This document shows, piece after piece, positions 45,932 through 56,004 of a DNA stretch of 64,000 bases. The stretch is from a virus. How positions within the stretch are numbered: the stretch's first letter is position 1; every line of letters starts with the position of its first letter. Where the stretch lies: IMG/VR virus record IMGVR_UViG_3300029319_008653, positions 29,040 to 93,039 of that record. The stretch is one strand, 5' to 3'. Position numbers and translations under genes: made by a program. Under the pieces are notes generated by a model. That model worked only from the letters and a program-made list of their open reading frames with translations. It was not told where the DNA came from and did no database searches.

Positions 45932-48220
45932 TTATTTTTTTGTATTTACACGGCAAGTCGCTACTACTCTGTCGGTTGTCATTTCACCAGTTGCACAGTT
46001 GCATGAAAATGCTGCTCTAGATGCATTTCTAACTTGTCTATTATTATCACATAATGATAGCGGTAAATTAGCAAATGCATGTGAATGATCATACATTACT
46101 AAACTATTTTCATCAGCTCCACATGCATAAACAGGAATATCAATAGTATGACCGGCTGAATCTGAACCAATAGCAGAACCTATTTGACATCCACAAACCG
46201 TGCCTGCGAGGTTAGCTTTACCAAATAATTGAGTCTTTTCAGTTACTTGATATTCTCTTGGAGCGGTAATATGTTGTACATGTAATTCACCTTCAATATG
46301 CACTCCACCGCCGATAATAACATTTTTATTGACTCCTAAACTACTATCAATTAATACTTGGTGTTGACGTTTATTTCTTAAAGCTAATATTTCGGCTGAT
46401 ATATTAATAGTATGTGCATCTAAATTAATTTCATTAGCAGAACCAATGTTAACTTGTTCTCCAGTAACATTAGTAATACTACCAGTTATATTAGTCGGTC
46501 CATATGATTTAAGATTTAGACCGCCAGCACCTACAACTACATTATATCTATTAGAAACATTTAGAGTGGATGAACCTCCCGGTAAATCTTGTACATGAAC
46601 ATATTCTAAAAGTGGTGATGCTTCTCTATTTAAATACGTTGCATTACCGCCTACTTTAACACCACTAGCTGTAGATTTACCTATTGGATCTAACCTATAG
46701 TTACCAAAGCTATTCATCATCATACCAATAGTTTCAACTTTATTTTTAGTAATCTGAATTATTTCACTACCACCTATTCCAAGATCTTGTTCAATCTTAG
46801 TAAGTTCAGGTAGTTTACTTTCTATTAAAGTTTGCAGAGTATCTTTTCTTGTATCTACTGTCCATGTACCTCCAGATGTAGACGGGCTTGCTGTAGTTTC
46901 AGCTCCGCCCGCTGCGGGAAAGCATCCGGTATTTATTGCATTGTCGGTTCCCGCTAAGGTGCTAGGTCCATCGCTACTATTATTTGCAATACAACTATAA
47001 GTTGCAGAGTTTAAATCCCCTGGATTATCATTTGTCATTCCATCTAGTGCTTTAAAAGTAAAAGTACCATCTGTAACGGGATTACAACGAAAAGTACCAT
47101 CTTGCTCCTGCAATACACTATTACGTTTTAAAATAGTTACATTATTTGCATTCTTAACGTTATTATTTCCAGTACGCTTTATTTCAAATAATTGTTTAAA
47201 TTCTTGTATGGGTGCTACTATCTTATTCCATTCTTTAAACTTAATATCGTTTAATGATCCAACCTTTTTATATTTGTCTCTTTTTACTGTCTCGTCTAAA
47301 TTTTTACCTGTAAATTCATTTTTAAACCCACGTGTAGTATTATATACATCGTTTAATATTAAAGAGTTTTTATTTGCTGTAGCTAGCTCTATAGTAGCTT
47401 CATTAGTCATTTCAGTAAATGATCCTGAATAATGAGATAGTTTTACTTTTTCATTTAAGTCTGTATTAATAAATTCTAAAGAACCGCCTTTTTGGTTTAC
47501 AACATATTTGTTTCTGTAATTAGAAACGTTATGATCGATTTCTTGTGTTTTTATATTTTCATATGTACCGGGATAATCTTCTTGAGCTTGCTTTCCATAG
47601 ATGCCTGACCAGTCTGATTGACCAAAACTAGCAGCAAAATATACAGGAAACTGAGGATCGCCCTCTCTAAAAAATACCCATACATGAGAGCCTACTGAAG
47701 GTATAGCAAAAGCTCCTCTAGCTGCGTTAGAGTAAGTATTAGGTCTATAATTATATGCTAAAGGATTAGGTCTATTAATATTATCAGCAGCAGTAACAAA
47801 GGCATCATTTAATAAACCTGCACTAGTACTTGTATACAAACTACTAGGTGCGCTACCTTCTGCAGATAGACTACTTGCCCCGTTACTAAATGTTGTAGTT
47901 AAAAAATTACTTTCAGATATAGACCCTGCATTAAAATGATTATTGAATCTACCTGTTGAGCTTTCTCCTACTAAAGGAGCAGCGCATTCTGCCCATGGTA
48001 ATCGAGTTTTTAAAGTACCTAAAATTTCACTTAGATCACCATTAACATTATTACCAAGAAGTTTAGTAATTTTTTTACTAGTGTTTCCATCTATCCATCC
48101 ACTATATACTGTAGGTGTTAAATGCGGTACAAATACTTTAACTTTTCCAGCAAATTCTGGATCGTTATTCTGAACAACTATTCCAACATAATTGCCATAA
48201 TATGTATTTTTATCTATCAT
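45932..48220 (-). CDS. baseplate hub/central spike, gp5-like
   Basis: Y.GIVVQNNDP..GKVKV, LPWA, P.VGSHVWVFF..GDPQFPVY OB-fold; beta-repeat region; C-terminal HSH. Confidence 0.8.
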   Translation of the reverse strand: MIDKNTYYGNYVGIVVQNNDPEFAGKVKVFVPHLTPTVYSGWIDGNTSKKITKLLGNNVNGDLSEILGTLKTRLPWAECAAPLVGESSTGRFNNHFNAGSISESNFLTTTFSNGASSLSAEGSAPSSLYTSTSAGLLNDAFVTAADNINRPNPLAYNYRPNTYSNAARGAFAIPSVGSHVWVFFREGDPQFPVYFAASFGQSDWSGIYGKQAQEDYPGTYENIKTQEIDHNVSNYRNKYVVNQKGGSLEFINTDLNEKVKLSHYSGSFTEMTNEATIELATANKNSLILNDVYNTTRGFKNEFTGKNLDETVKRDKYKKVGSLNDIKFKEWNKIVAPIQEFKQLFEIKRTGNNNVKNANNVTILKRNSVLQEQDGTFRCNPVTDGTFTFKALDGMTNDNPGDLNSATYSCIANNSSDGPSTLAGTDNAINTGCFPAAGGAETTASPSTSGGTWTVDTRKDTLQTLIESKLPELTKIEQDLGIGGSEIIQITKNKVETIGMMMNSFGNYRLDPIGKSTASGVKVGGNATYLNREASPLLEYVHVQDLPGGSSTLNVSNRYNVVVGAGGLNLKSYGPTNITGSITNVTGEQVNIGSANEINLDAHTINISAEILALRNKRQHQVLIDSSLGVNKNVIIGGGVHIEGELHVQHITAPREYQVTEKTQLFGKANLAGTVCGCQIGSAIGSDSAGHTIDIPVYACGADENSLVMYDHSHAFANLPLSLCDNNRQVRNASRAAFSCNCATGEMTTDRVVATCRVNTKK

Positions 48221-48258
48221 CTATTATATTTAAATTAAAAATATATTATTGCACTTAA

Positions 48259-49119
48259 CTAACTTGGTAACTCATCAAACGTTTTACCAGAAACTTCATC
48301 TATCCAGCCCACAACTTCAGTAGTGTCGGGATCTACTAATGCTGCAAAGTTAGCATTATCAGGATTAAACCCGCTCATATCAATTTCATCAAATAGTTGA
48401 GGCGTTTTACCAAACTTAGATTCAAATTCACTATCAGATAAAACTTCAGGTATTTTATTAAAATGAGCAAATTGATTCTCATCATTAAACGATTTAGTTA
48501 ATACGTCAAAATTATCTACTATATCTTCTTGAGTTTTAGCTTGCTGAGAAAAAGATTTACCTTTCTCTGCTTTTAATTGTTGTGCTGCTATAGCAGTCTT
48601 AGCAAAGCTTTGTGATAACTGTTCTTGAAGTTTTTTACCATCAACAAGATCAGTTTGTAACTGCATATCTCTTATTTGATTATTAGTTAGTTTACCCACA
48701 TTTTTTGATATATTGTTAGTTAACCCTCCTTGAATAGAAGCAACTTCTGCCATTTTTGTTTTTGCATCGTTCATACAATCAAGTTGTTCAGAAATAAAAT
48801 TTTCTAAATTTTGAAGTTCTTCACCTAGAGCATCTAAAGTATTTTCAAACTCATCAAGTACAGCGGATACTGCAGAGTCTATTTCTGAAAAAACTTTATT
48901 TTTTATATCTTCTAAACTGGGTAGCTCACCTGAAGCTATCTTTTTAAAATTCTCTACTGCATTAGCAGCTAAATTTCCTATGTCTTCAGCAGCAGAAGCT
49001 AGTGTATCTGCTATTTGTGTTACCTTACCTAACTGAGATGATACCTCATCCAGTGCTGATGCGGCCATATTACCTAATTTATTAGCTAATTTATCAATAT
49101 TAAATTTAATACACGCCAT
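48259..49119 (-). CDS. helical hypothetical protein, likely structural
   Basis: Start 49119 follows a TAAATA element; adjacent to the gp5-like gene. Confidence 0.6.
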   Translation of the reverse strand: MACIKFNIDKLANKLGNMAASALDEVSSQLGKVTQIADTLASAAEDIGNLAANAVENFKKIASGELPSLEDIKNKVFSEIDSAVSAVLDEFENTLDALGEELQNLENFISEQLDCMNDAKTKMAEVASIQGGLTNNISKNVGKLTNNQIRDMQLQTDLVDGKKLQEQLSQSFAKTAIAAQQLKAEKGKSFSQQAKTQEDIVDNFDVLTKSFNDENQFAHFNKIPEVLSDSEFESKFGKTPQLFDEIDMSGFNPDNANFAALVDPDTTEVVGWIDEVSGKTFDELPS

Positions 49120-49132
49120 ACAATTATTTACG

Positions 49133-49160
49133 TTGAAAACCAAGTTTTATATACTATAAT
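49133..49160 (+). promoter_or_regulatory. sigma70-like promoter
   Basis: TTGAAA-N16-TATAAT-N6-ATG. Confidence 0.65.
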
Positions 49161-49166
49161 AGTATT

Positions 49167-49955
49167 ATGTTAGTATCTCATGAAAGTCCTATTAGTATCT
49201 TAGAAGAATCTAAGGAGTATAATGATTATGATTATGCCTTGGTTCATTTATTTGAAACTCATCCTGAGTATTATGAATTCTTTAAAAACTCTCTGAGTCA
49301 AGATAGGGAGGTACTATTAGATAATAGTATATTTGAGTTAGGTGAAGCTTTTGATTCTGATAAGTTTGCTAAGTATGTAGAAGAATTAAAACCGTCTTAT
49401 TATATAGTACCTGACGTTTTGGAAGATGGTTATCAAACAATGTTAAATTATAATGACTTTGTTAAGAAATACCCTGATCTACCTGGACTACGTATTGGTG
49501 TTGTACAAGGAAAAACTTATGATGAATTGGTAGATTGTTATAGATATATGTCTGAGCAATCTGATTATGTAGCTATAAGTTTTGATTATAGTTATTATGT
49601 AGCTACTGGTAGAGGTAAGACTGAATTAGAAAGATGGTGTACCGGTCGTCAAAGATTTATTAAAGATCTTAAAAATGATGGCATCTGGGATTATAATAAA
49701 CCTCATCATCTACTCGGCTGTTCGTTAGCTAAAGAATTTAAAGCATATACTAATGATTATTCTATAAGATCTGTCGATACTTCTAATCCGGTAGTTGCAG
49801 GTATAAAGGAACTTCGATATACTGGTAATATGGGATTAAAAACTAAACCTTCTATTAAGTTAGCTGATCTTATTGATATTAAAGTTGATGATGATATGAT
49901 GGAATGTATCGAATATAATACGGGTTGTTTTAGGAATATAGTATATGGTAATTAG
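49167..49955 (+). CDS. TGT/DpdA-like TIM-barrel transglycosylase (putative)
   Basis: LLDNSIFE, VPDV, VVQG, HLLG and SVDTS parallel TGT motifs; co-operonic with queF. Confidence 0.55.
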   Translation: MLVSHESPISILEESKEYNDYDYALVHLFETHPEYYEFFKNSLSQDREVLLDNSIFELGEAFDSDKFAKYVEELKPSYYIVPDVLEDGYQTMLNYNDFVKKYPDLPGLRIGVVQGKTYDELVDCYRYMSEQSDYVAISFDYSYYVATGRGKTELERWCTGRQRFIKDLKNDGIWDYNKPHHLLGCSLAKEFKAYTNDYSIRSVDTSNPVVAGIKELRYTGNMGLKTKPSIKLADLIDIKVDDDMMECIEYNTGCFRNIVYGN

Positions 49956-50499
49956 TTTTACAGGAGCGCAGAGTACGGGTAAGTCTACTTTACTAGAAGA
50001 ATGTAAAAAAGATGGTAGATTTAATGGTTATACTTTTCAGCATGAAGTTACTAGATGGGTAAAGAAAAAGTATGATCTAACTATTAATGAAGATGGTGAC
50101 GAATTGACTCAATTAGCTATATTAGCTAAGCATTTAGATAACTATCTAATTTATAGAGGTAAAGATGTAGTTATGGATAGATGTATATTAGATGGTTTAG
50201 TTTATACAACGTACTTATATGCTGGTCCTAATCAAGTAGTAGGAGAAGAATTATATAACTATACTGAATATTTATTTAAAAAATTAATCGATAAAATAGA
50301 TATTATTTTTTATGCTGAGCCTGAAATACCTTTAGTGGATGATGGTGAAAGAAGCGTTAATACAGAATTTAGAGACGGTATAGTTAGGCTATTTGAGGAA
50401 GCTATAGAACATTTTAAGATACCTGTTGTAAGATTAACTGGTAGTAAAAAAGAACGTATGACAACAATATATAAAACTTTAGATAATTATGGCAAATAA
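49945..50499 (+). CDS. P-loop nucleotide kinase-like protein
   Basis: GAQSTGKST, MDRCILD, DDGER. Confidence 0.8.
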   Translation: MVISFTGAQSTGKSTLLEECKKDGRFNGYTFQHEVTRWVKKKYDLTINEDGDELTQLAILAKHLDNYLIYRGKDVVMDRCILDGLVYTTYLYAGPNQVVGEELYNYTEYLFKKLIDKIDIIFYAEPEIPLVDDGERSVNTEFRDGIVRLFEEAIEHFKIPVVRLTGSKKERMTTIYKTLDNYGK

Positions 50500-51418
50500 A
50501 ACGTTAGATAATAGTAGAATAAGTAAGCACCTTGGTCAGACTTCTCAATATAAGAGTCAGTATGATCCTGGTTTATTAGTAAAAGAACCTCGAAGTAATA
50601 ATCGTGAATATTTAAATATATTCGATGATGATCTACCTTTCGTAGGTTCAGATACATGGAATGCATATGAATGCTCATTTCTTTTAGATAATGGGTGTCC
50701 TGTAACTGGGGTAGTAAAGTGTGTATATCCTTGTAGTAGTAAGTATATAGTTGAAAGTAAGAGTATTAAATTATACTTTAACTCGTTTAATATGACAAGA
50801 GTAGCTGCTGAGAGAGATGTTGCTATTAGTTCGTTTGAGAAAACAACGAGTAAAGACTTAAGTGACTTACTTGAAACTAATGTAGTAGTAAGATTCCAAG
50901 ATGGGGCTCGAGTTAATAAAACTTATAATAGTCCTAATGGTGCTTGGGATATGGATCAATATATTAATGTTGATCATTTAGAAGATGAAAAAGACTTTGA
51001 ATATACTCAATATACTGAAGATCCGAGCTTGCTCGAAGCAGTAGCTCGTAAAAGAGATCTTAAGCAGTATTTTTATTCTGGGTTACTTAAAAGTAACTGT
51101 CGTGTAACTTCGCAACCTGATTGGGGTGATGTATTTATCTATATTAAATCTAAGAATGCTATTGATGCTCATAGTATTAAAAAGTATGTAGTTTCGTATA
51201 GAGATGAATGTCATTTTCATGAAGAAATTTGTGAGTGCTTTTATAAAAGATTAAAAGATGCTTTTGATCCTTCTGAGCTATTAGTTATGTGTTTATATGC
51301 TCGTCGTGGTGGTATAGATATTAATCCTGTAAGAGCATCGAGTCAAGATTTAATTGATGAATTCGTCGGTAGTCTAGTTGATCCTGACGTAGTTCATATT
51401 AAAACCTCTAAGCAATAA
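50489..51418 (+). CDS. queF: NADPH-dependent preQ0 reductase (bimodular)
   Basis: WNAYE, VESKSIKLYFNSF, KSNCRVTSQPDWG, FHEE, YARRGGIDINP. Confidence 0.93.
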   Translation: MANKTLDNSRISKHLGQTSQYKSQYDPGLLVKEPRSNNREYLNIFDDDLPFVGSDTWNAYECSFLLDNGCPVTGVVKCVYPCSSKYIVESKSIKLYFNSFNMTRVAAERDVAISSFEKTTSKDLSDLLETNVVVRFQDGARVNKTYNSPNGAWDMDQYINVDHLEDEKDFEYTQYTEDPSLLEAVARKRDLKQYFYSGLLKSNCRVTSQPDWGDVFIYIKSKNAIDAHSIKKYVVSYRDECHFHEEICECFYKRLKDAFDPSELLVMCLYARRGGIDINPVRASSQDLIDEFVGSLVDPDVVHIKTSKQ

Positions 51419-51437
51419 ATTTAAGAAAGGAACGGAT

Positions 51438-51581
51438 ATGAACAAGAATAAAGTATTCTTTTATGCTTCATTAGCTTCTGTTGTCCTATCTATTGGTATC
51501 TGGTCGGGTAATCCGATTAATGGTATCTTTGTTGGATTATGGGCACCTACGTTAATGTCTTTATCTAATAGATATAAGTAA
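51438..51581 (+). CDS. 47-aa two-TM membrane peptide (not in ORF track)
   Basis: MNKNKVFFYASLASVVLSIGIW...GIFVGLWAPTL; AAAGGA RBS. Confidence 0.65.
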   Translation: MNKNKVFFYASLASVVLSIGIWSGNPINGIFVGLWAPTLMSLSNRYK

Positions 51582-51608
51582 AAATTCCGAATATATATTC
51601 GGAGCCAT

Positions 51609-51645
51609 AAAAAAAGCCGTTACAGCATAAAGTTGTAACGGCTTT
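51609..51645. terminator. intrinsic terminator downstream of gp23
   Basis: AAAAAAAGCCGTTACAG...TTGTAACGGCTTT. Confidence 0.8.
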
Positions 51646-51664
51646 AAGTTTAATTCTGTAAGGC

Positions 51665-53185
51665 TTAGAAGTAAACACTCTGCGTAGCAGGAGTGAATGC
51701 TTGACCGAGTCCAGTACAAAGAATCGTGTGATAGTAGAGGTTAGCACCAAAGATATTATCAACAACGCCGTAACGAGTAAGCAAGCCTACTCTTGGAGCG
51801 AAGTCGTTAGGACCAATAGTACGTTGAACCATAACCGGGATGTAAGGACAGTAGATGATACCTGTGTCGTAGAATTCTGGTCCCTTGTAGCCCAATAGAG
51901 CATACTCAGGTCTTGCAGATTCTGCAGCATCGATGTTATTACCTTCTGTTCTTGTGTCTCTGTAAACGTTGAAACGTCCACCAAGATTTCCGATCTTAGC
52001 TACACCAACAGGCTGTGTATTAACATTACCTTGTACAGGTACCCACTGGAATTCAGGGAGCATTTCCAAGATAGCGCAAACACGAGGAGTTGCAACAATA
52101 AAGTTAGCAGCACCACGTCTGTTTCTTACAGCAATACGGTTAGCTTCGATAATTAATCTTTGGTAGAAATCACGGTTACGCTCTACAAGCCATCTGCCAT
52201 CAGCAGACTGAGGAGCCCAGATAGAGAAACCAGGACCTTGACCAGCAGTAAATGTAACTTGAATCATTCTTACAAGCATTTCACGGTCGATTTCAGCCTG
52301 AATTTCATACGACATAGCGTTTGTCAATTCAGTATCGATATCGATACCATTCATGTTTTTAAGGTCTTGTTCAAGTTCTACTGACCAACGAGCACCTAGG
52401 CGTCTTGTTCCAGCTTCAACTGCAGTCTTTTCGAAAGATACTTCAAAAGTAGGGATATTACCTGTTACTTCGAAGTTTCTAAGAATAGCAGCTACACCGT
52501 CATCTTGTCCAGCAGTAATGATCTTATCAGAGTTGCCTACGGCACCTCCGCTAATACCAGAAAGCTGAGCAGAAGATGTACCAGTATAGGCAGTATTTAG
52601 GTAGTTGTAACCTGCTTCTTTATCAGCAGCAGATGCAAGAATTCCACTTGCGCCACCTGGAGCATTACCAGCAGCTGTTAGAACACCTGCATTAGTAGTG
52701 CCGTCTTGCACGCCATCAGTACCATAACCTAGTGTTTCACCAGAATAACGGTAACGAAGGGCAAATGCTAGACCAACAGGTCCTGCCATTGGCTGTACAC
52801 CAACGATTTCGTTTGTAATTAACTCGGGAAAAGTTCTTCTAATCATAGGAATCAAGATTTTTGGAAGACGGAAGTCATTAGTAGCATACGAATCGCCACC
52901 AGGAGTACCTGGGAAACGGTTCGAAGATCCAATTGAATCAGCATCACCAAGCGCACCACCTCTACCAGCAACGTTACCGCTACCAGCATAGTCAGGTCCA
53001 GCTTCGTTCAAACACCATGACTCTTGGTTTTCCAAAAGCATAGCAGTATTTAAACGTGTGTGGCTATCTTCAATAGGAGCTACAGACTTAGAAGTGTAAT
53101 CCAAAACAGGTGCCCACTTTTCAAGTAGGGAAGCTGCTCTTGATTCGTCAATATATGCCTGTGTAGGACGGATTGATTGATTCAT
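51665..53185 (-). CDS. gp23: major capsid protein
   Basis: KWAPVL, LLENQ, VGVQPM.GP.GL.FA.R, ELEQDLK, EIDRE, YCPYIP, TRYG. Confidence 0.97.
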   Translation of the reverse strand: MNQSIRPTQAYIDESRAASLLEKWAPVLDYTSKSVAPIEDSHTRLNTAMLLENQESWCLNEAGPDYAGSGNVAGRGGALGDADSIGSSNRFPGTPGGDSYATNDFRLPKILIPMIRRTFPELITNEIVGVQPMAGPVGLAFALRYRYSGETLGYGTDGVQDGTTNAGVLTAAGNAPGGASGILASAADKEAGYNYLNTAYTGTSSAQLSGISGGAVGNSDKIITAGQDDGVAAILRNFEVTGNIPTFEVSFEKTAVEAGTRRLGARWSVELEQDLKNMNGIDIDTELTNAMSYEIQAEIDREMLVRMIQVTFTAGQGPGFSIWAPQSADGRWLVERNRDFYQRLIIEANRIAVRNRRGAANFIVATPRVCAILEMLPEFQWVPVQGNVNTQPVGVAKIGNLGGRFNVYRDTRTEGNNIDAAESARPEYALLGYKGPEFYDTGIIYCPYIPVMVQRTIGPNDFAPRVGLLTRYGVVDNIFGANLYYHTILCTGLGQAFTPATQSVYF

Positions 53186-53270
53186 AGTTTGTATTTTCCT
53201 TTTAGTTATTTCGACCCCAATGCATTATAATGCAAGGAAACTCAGGAAAAGACCTCAATACAATGTAAAA

Positions 53271-54122
53271 TTAGTATTTGCTAAGCTCTGACATATATGG
53301 GTTGTTAGGTTTTTCTTCAACCTTTTCTTCAACAACTCTGTCTACTTTAGTAGATTCTGTCAGTGCTTCTGTCTTTAAGCCCTCGAGCCTGCTCTCTTCT
53401 TTCTTCTCGAATAATTTAACTGTATAATCGAAGTTTTCAGCGATGTATTCAGGATCTTTTCCTGATAACATCTTACGGATATACTTCCCAGTTCTTTCAT
53501 CGAGATCAGCTGTTTTTTCACTAAGAAGTTTATCAGACTTTAATGCCCTTAATTCTTCTTCCAAAACAACCTTCTCTTGAAGGACAGACTCAAGCTTTTG
53601 ACTAGCTTCATTTATTTGCTTCTTACCATCAACAACAGCTTCTTTAATGCTGTCTTTCTCTAGAGCAGCATCAACTGCTAAGTGCGAACGAATACCTTCT
53701 AGCACTGCAATTGCTTTCTTATTTTTAACTGCTTCTTTTATTTCAGTAGATGGAATAGATTCTTCTAAGAATGCATCTAGATATTGAGAAATAGATTCAA
53801 CTAATTCTTGTTTAAATCCATCTGCATCTTCGCTTAAAATTGATTCATATTTACCGATAACTGCTTTTAACTTTCCTGTTCTATCAGCATCGATAGCTTC
53901 AACAATCTTCTTTAATTTTTTAGTATGATCAAGATCAAGAGCTTCTAGCAACTCTTCAAGCTTTGAAGTATATAGCTCATCTTGTTCAAGTAAAGCTTTA
54001 TCGACGTGTATCTTAGCTTTTTCTGCTACACGAGTTTCAAAAGCAGATTCAATGTCGCTCAAGACCGACTCATCAATTTGTCCGTCGGTTGCCTCTCTTA
54101 GTATATCGGAAATATTTTTCAT
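53271..54122 (-). CDS. gp22: prohead scaffold protein
   Basis: Acidic coiled coil directly upstream of gp23; YLD motif and NPYM tail. Confidence 0.85.
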   Translation of the reverse strand: MKNISDILREATDGQIDESVLSDIESAFETRVAEKAKIHVDKALLEQDELYTSKLEELLEALDLDHTKKLKKIVEAIDADRTGKLKAVIGKYESILSEDADGFKQELVESISQYLDAFLEESIPSTEIKEAVKNKKAIAVLEGIRSHLAVDAALEKDSIKEAVVDGKKQINEASQKLESVLQEKVVLEEELRALKSDKLLSEKTADLDERTGKYIRKMLSGKDPEYIAENFDYTVKLFEKKEESRLEGLKTEALTESTKVDRVVEEKVEEKPNNPYMSELSKY

Positions 54123-54124
54123 AA

Positions 54125-54280
54125 TTAAAAAAGTGTTGTATTATTATTTATCATTTGCTGCTTAATTTTCTTGTTAACAGCGTTAGTAATGTGCGAATGT
54201 GCACTTTTATAGTCTTTATCTAGTATTTTATTAATAAAGCTCTTAATATCAGACTTAACTTCTAGTGTTTTATTACTCAT
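54125..54280 (-). CDS. 51-aa prohead core protein (gp67-like; not in ORF track)
   Basis: MSNKTLEVKSDIKSFINKILDKDYKSAHSHITNAVNKKI...; TATAAATA at 54287-54294. Confidence 0.6.
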   Translation of the reverse strand: MSNKTLEVKSDIKSFINKILDKDYKSAHSHITNAVNKKIKQQMINNNTTLF

Positions 54281-54289
54281 TATATATAT

Positions 54290-54958
54290 TTATAGCCCTT
54301 TTATAAATTTCAACATATTAGTTTTTAAAAATTCATCTCTATTTTTTAAAGGTAAATTAGATATTGTTTTTTCAAAATTATCATATGCCTCTTCAAATTG
54401 TCCATATTTGTTAACTACATATTGTTTGCTTTCTAAAATACCATTAACAAATGCTTTGGGGAAAGACGGATCTGCTACACAATCAATAGCTACTAATTTA
54501 AAATCCTTAACTCTATTAACACCTTCGGTTCCAGATTCTGGAATAAGTTGACCTAATGCTCTAGAGCTCATACCAACTCTTACACCATCGTTAATTAGAG
54601 ATCTAACAATTAAACCAGTTGGAGTAGATAACACTTTACTCTTTCCATGAAACACATTACCATCTTGTGACATTTCAGTAACTAAGTGACATGCTCTTTC
54701 TAAATCTACATCTGCAGTAGTTGGATGGTTTAATTCACCCATAGCTCTTCCTGTATCAACCATAGTATTTTGATACCGCTCAACTTCTTTTTGCATTTCT
54801 TCTAATGGATAGATTCTCTTATTACGGTTAACACCCTCAGCCATCATATATGGTCCTTTGATATAGAAATTTTTAGAATCTTTACTATTACCTTCTTCGA
54901 CAATATACTCGAATTCCTCTTTAGGAGCTGGTGTCTCTACTATTAAATTTAAACCCAT
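54290..54958 (-). CDS. gp21: prohead protease
   Basis: NRNKRIY, GELNHP, GMSSRALG, D.VADPS. Confidence 0.95.
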   Translation of the reverse strand: MGLNLIVETPAPKEEFEYIVEEGNSKDSKNFYIKGPYMMAEGVNRNKRIYPLEEMQKEVERYQNTMVDTGRAMGELNHPTTADVDLERACHLVTEMSQDGNVFHGKSKVLSTPTGLIVRSLINDGVRVGMSSRALGQLIPESGTEGVNRVKDFKLVAIDCVADPSFPKAFVNGILESKQYVVNKYGQFEEAYDNFEKTISNLPLKNRDEFLKTNMLKFIKGL

Positions 54959-55006
54959 ATTATTATTTATCGATTAGGGAACATTTTTATACTGTTCTTA
55001 GGATCT

Positions 55007-55465
55007 TTAATTTATGTTAAGCTCCTTTTCAGTTAGAATTAAAAACTCGCAATCTTTTTTATTAGCCCATTTTTTAGCTGCTTCCCATTTAGCTTGGTTT
55101 ACTACCCAGGTTCGTTGCTCATATATAATAGTAGTTTTCTTCTTTCTATTATTAGCTATAGGCTTTTCAACAGATGAACTTGGTTTAATTTCAATTAAAA
55201 ATTTCTTTTTATTGTTATTACTATCTTTGAATACAATAAAGTTATCAACAAAATATCTATGAACTCTATGATCAAGGGGACTTATATATGGTATTACAAT
55301 ATTCTCACTACCCCAGAATAAAACGTTTTTATTTTTATCGGCCCATCTAAAAAACTTTAACTCCCAACTCGACCTATATATAGGGTCAGAGCTCCCAGTA
55401 AATTTGCTTCGATTTACAGGTTTATACACTCCTTGTCTATAACGTTTATTATTTCCAGTGCTCAT
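55007..55465 (-). CDS. gp4: head completion nuclease
   Basis: YRSSWE, WGSE...PY, HRYFVD, IEIKP, NQAKW, ILTE. Confidence 0.9.
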   Translation of the reverse strand: MSTGNNKRYRQGVYKPVNRSKFTGSSDPIYRSSWELKFFRWADKNKNVLFWGSENIVIPYISPLDHRVHRYFVDNFIVFKDSNNNKKKFLIEIKPSSSVEKPIANNRKKKTTIIYEQRTWVVNQAKWEAAKKWANKKDCEFLILTEKELNIN

Positions 55466-55481
55466 CTATATAAATATAGTT

Positions 55482-56003
55482 ATGACATTTGAAGAGAAAA
55501 TTATTAGTAATAGTACTATAAGACAGAGTAAATTATTGAGACCTGCTAAGATAGCATCAGAAAAACCTGATACAGGTGTAAAGATTCTTAAAAAAGGAGC
55601 TTATTATCTTATTAAAGACTCTGCAGATATAACGTTACAATATCTAGTACATCTATGTTATGGATCGTATGGTGATCCAATAAAATCACTTAAAGGAAAA
55701 TTTACCCAAGCAGAAATAATAGACTTTGTAGGTAGATCTAAAGAAGAGAAAAATACTAACCAACTACTAAACATTATTCTTACTGATATTGGTTCTACCC
55801 AAGTATCTAATATAGTAGATAATATAGAGGAAGAAGAAGAGGATGTTGATTTATCAATAGAAGATGTTGATGATGTATATGGTGATTATGATGTAGAAGT
55901 CACTACTAAAAAAACTAAATCATCTTCTAAGACTGAAACTGTAGATGTAACTGATGCAAGTGGAGTTATTAATAAACTAATAGAAGTATTTGAAGCTAAA
56001 TAG
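55482..56003 (+). CDS. hypothetical protein with acidic C-terminus
   Basis: Start follows TATAAATA at 55469-55476. Confidence 0.6.
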   Translation: MTFEEKIISNSTIRQSKLLRPAKIASEKPDTGVKILKKGAYYLIKDSADITLQYLVHLCYGSYGDPIKSLKGKFTQAEIIDFVGRSKEEKNTNQLLNIILTDIGSTQVSNIVDNIEEEEEDVDLSIEDVDDVYGDYDVEVTTKKTKSSSKTETVDVTDASGVINKLIEVFEAK

Positions 56004-56004
56004 T

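Noticed and set aside
51565-52568. Several short ORFs overlapping gp23
   Set aside because: They arise from the strong codon bias of the capsid gene and have no motifs or initiation signals.
55007-55465. TnsA transposase / mobile element
   Set aside because: It matches the T4 gp4 head-completion nuclease in a head-gene context; there are no terminal repeats.
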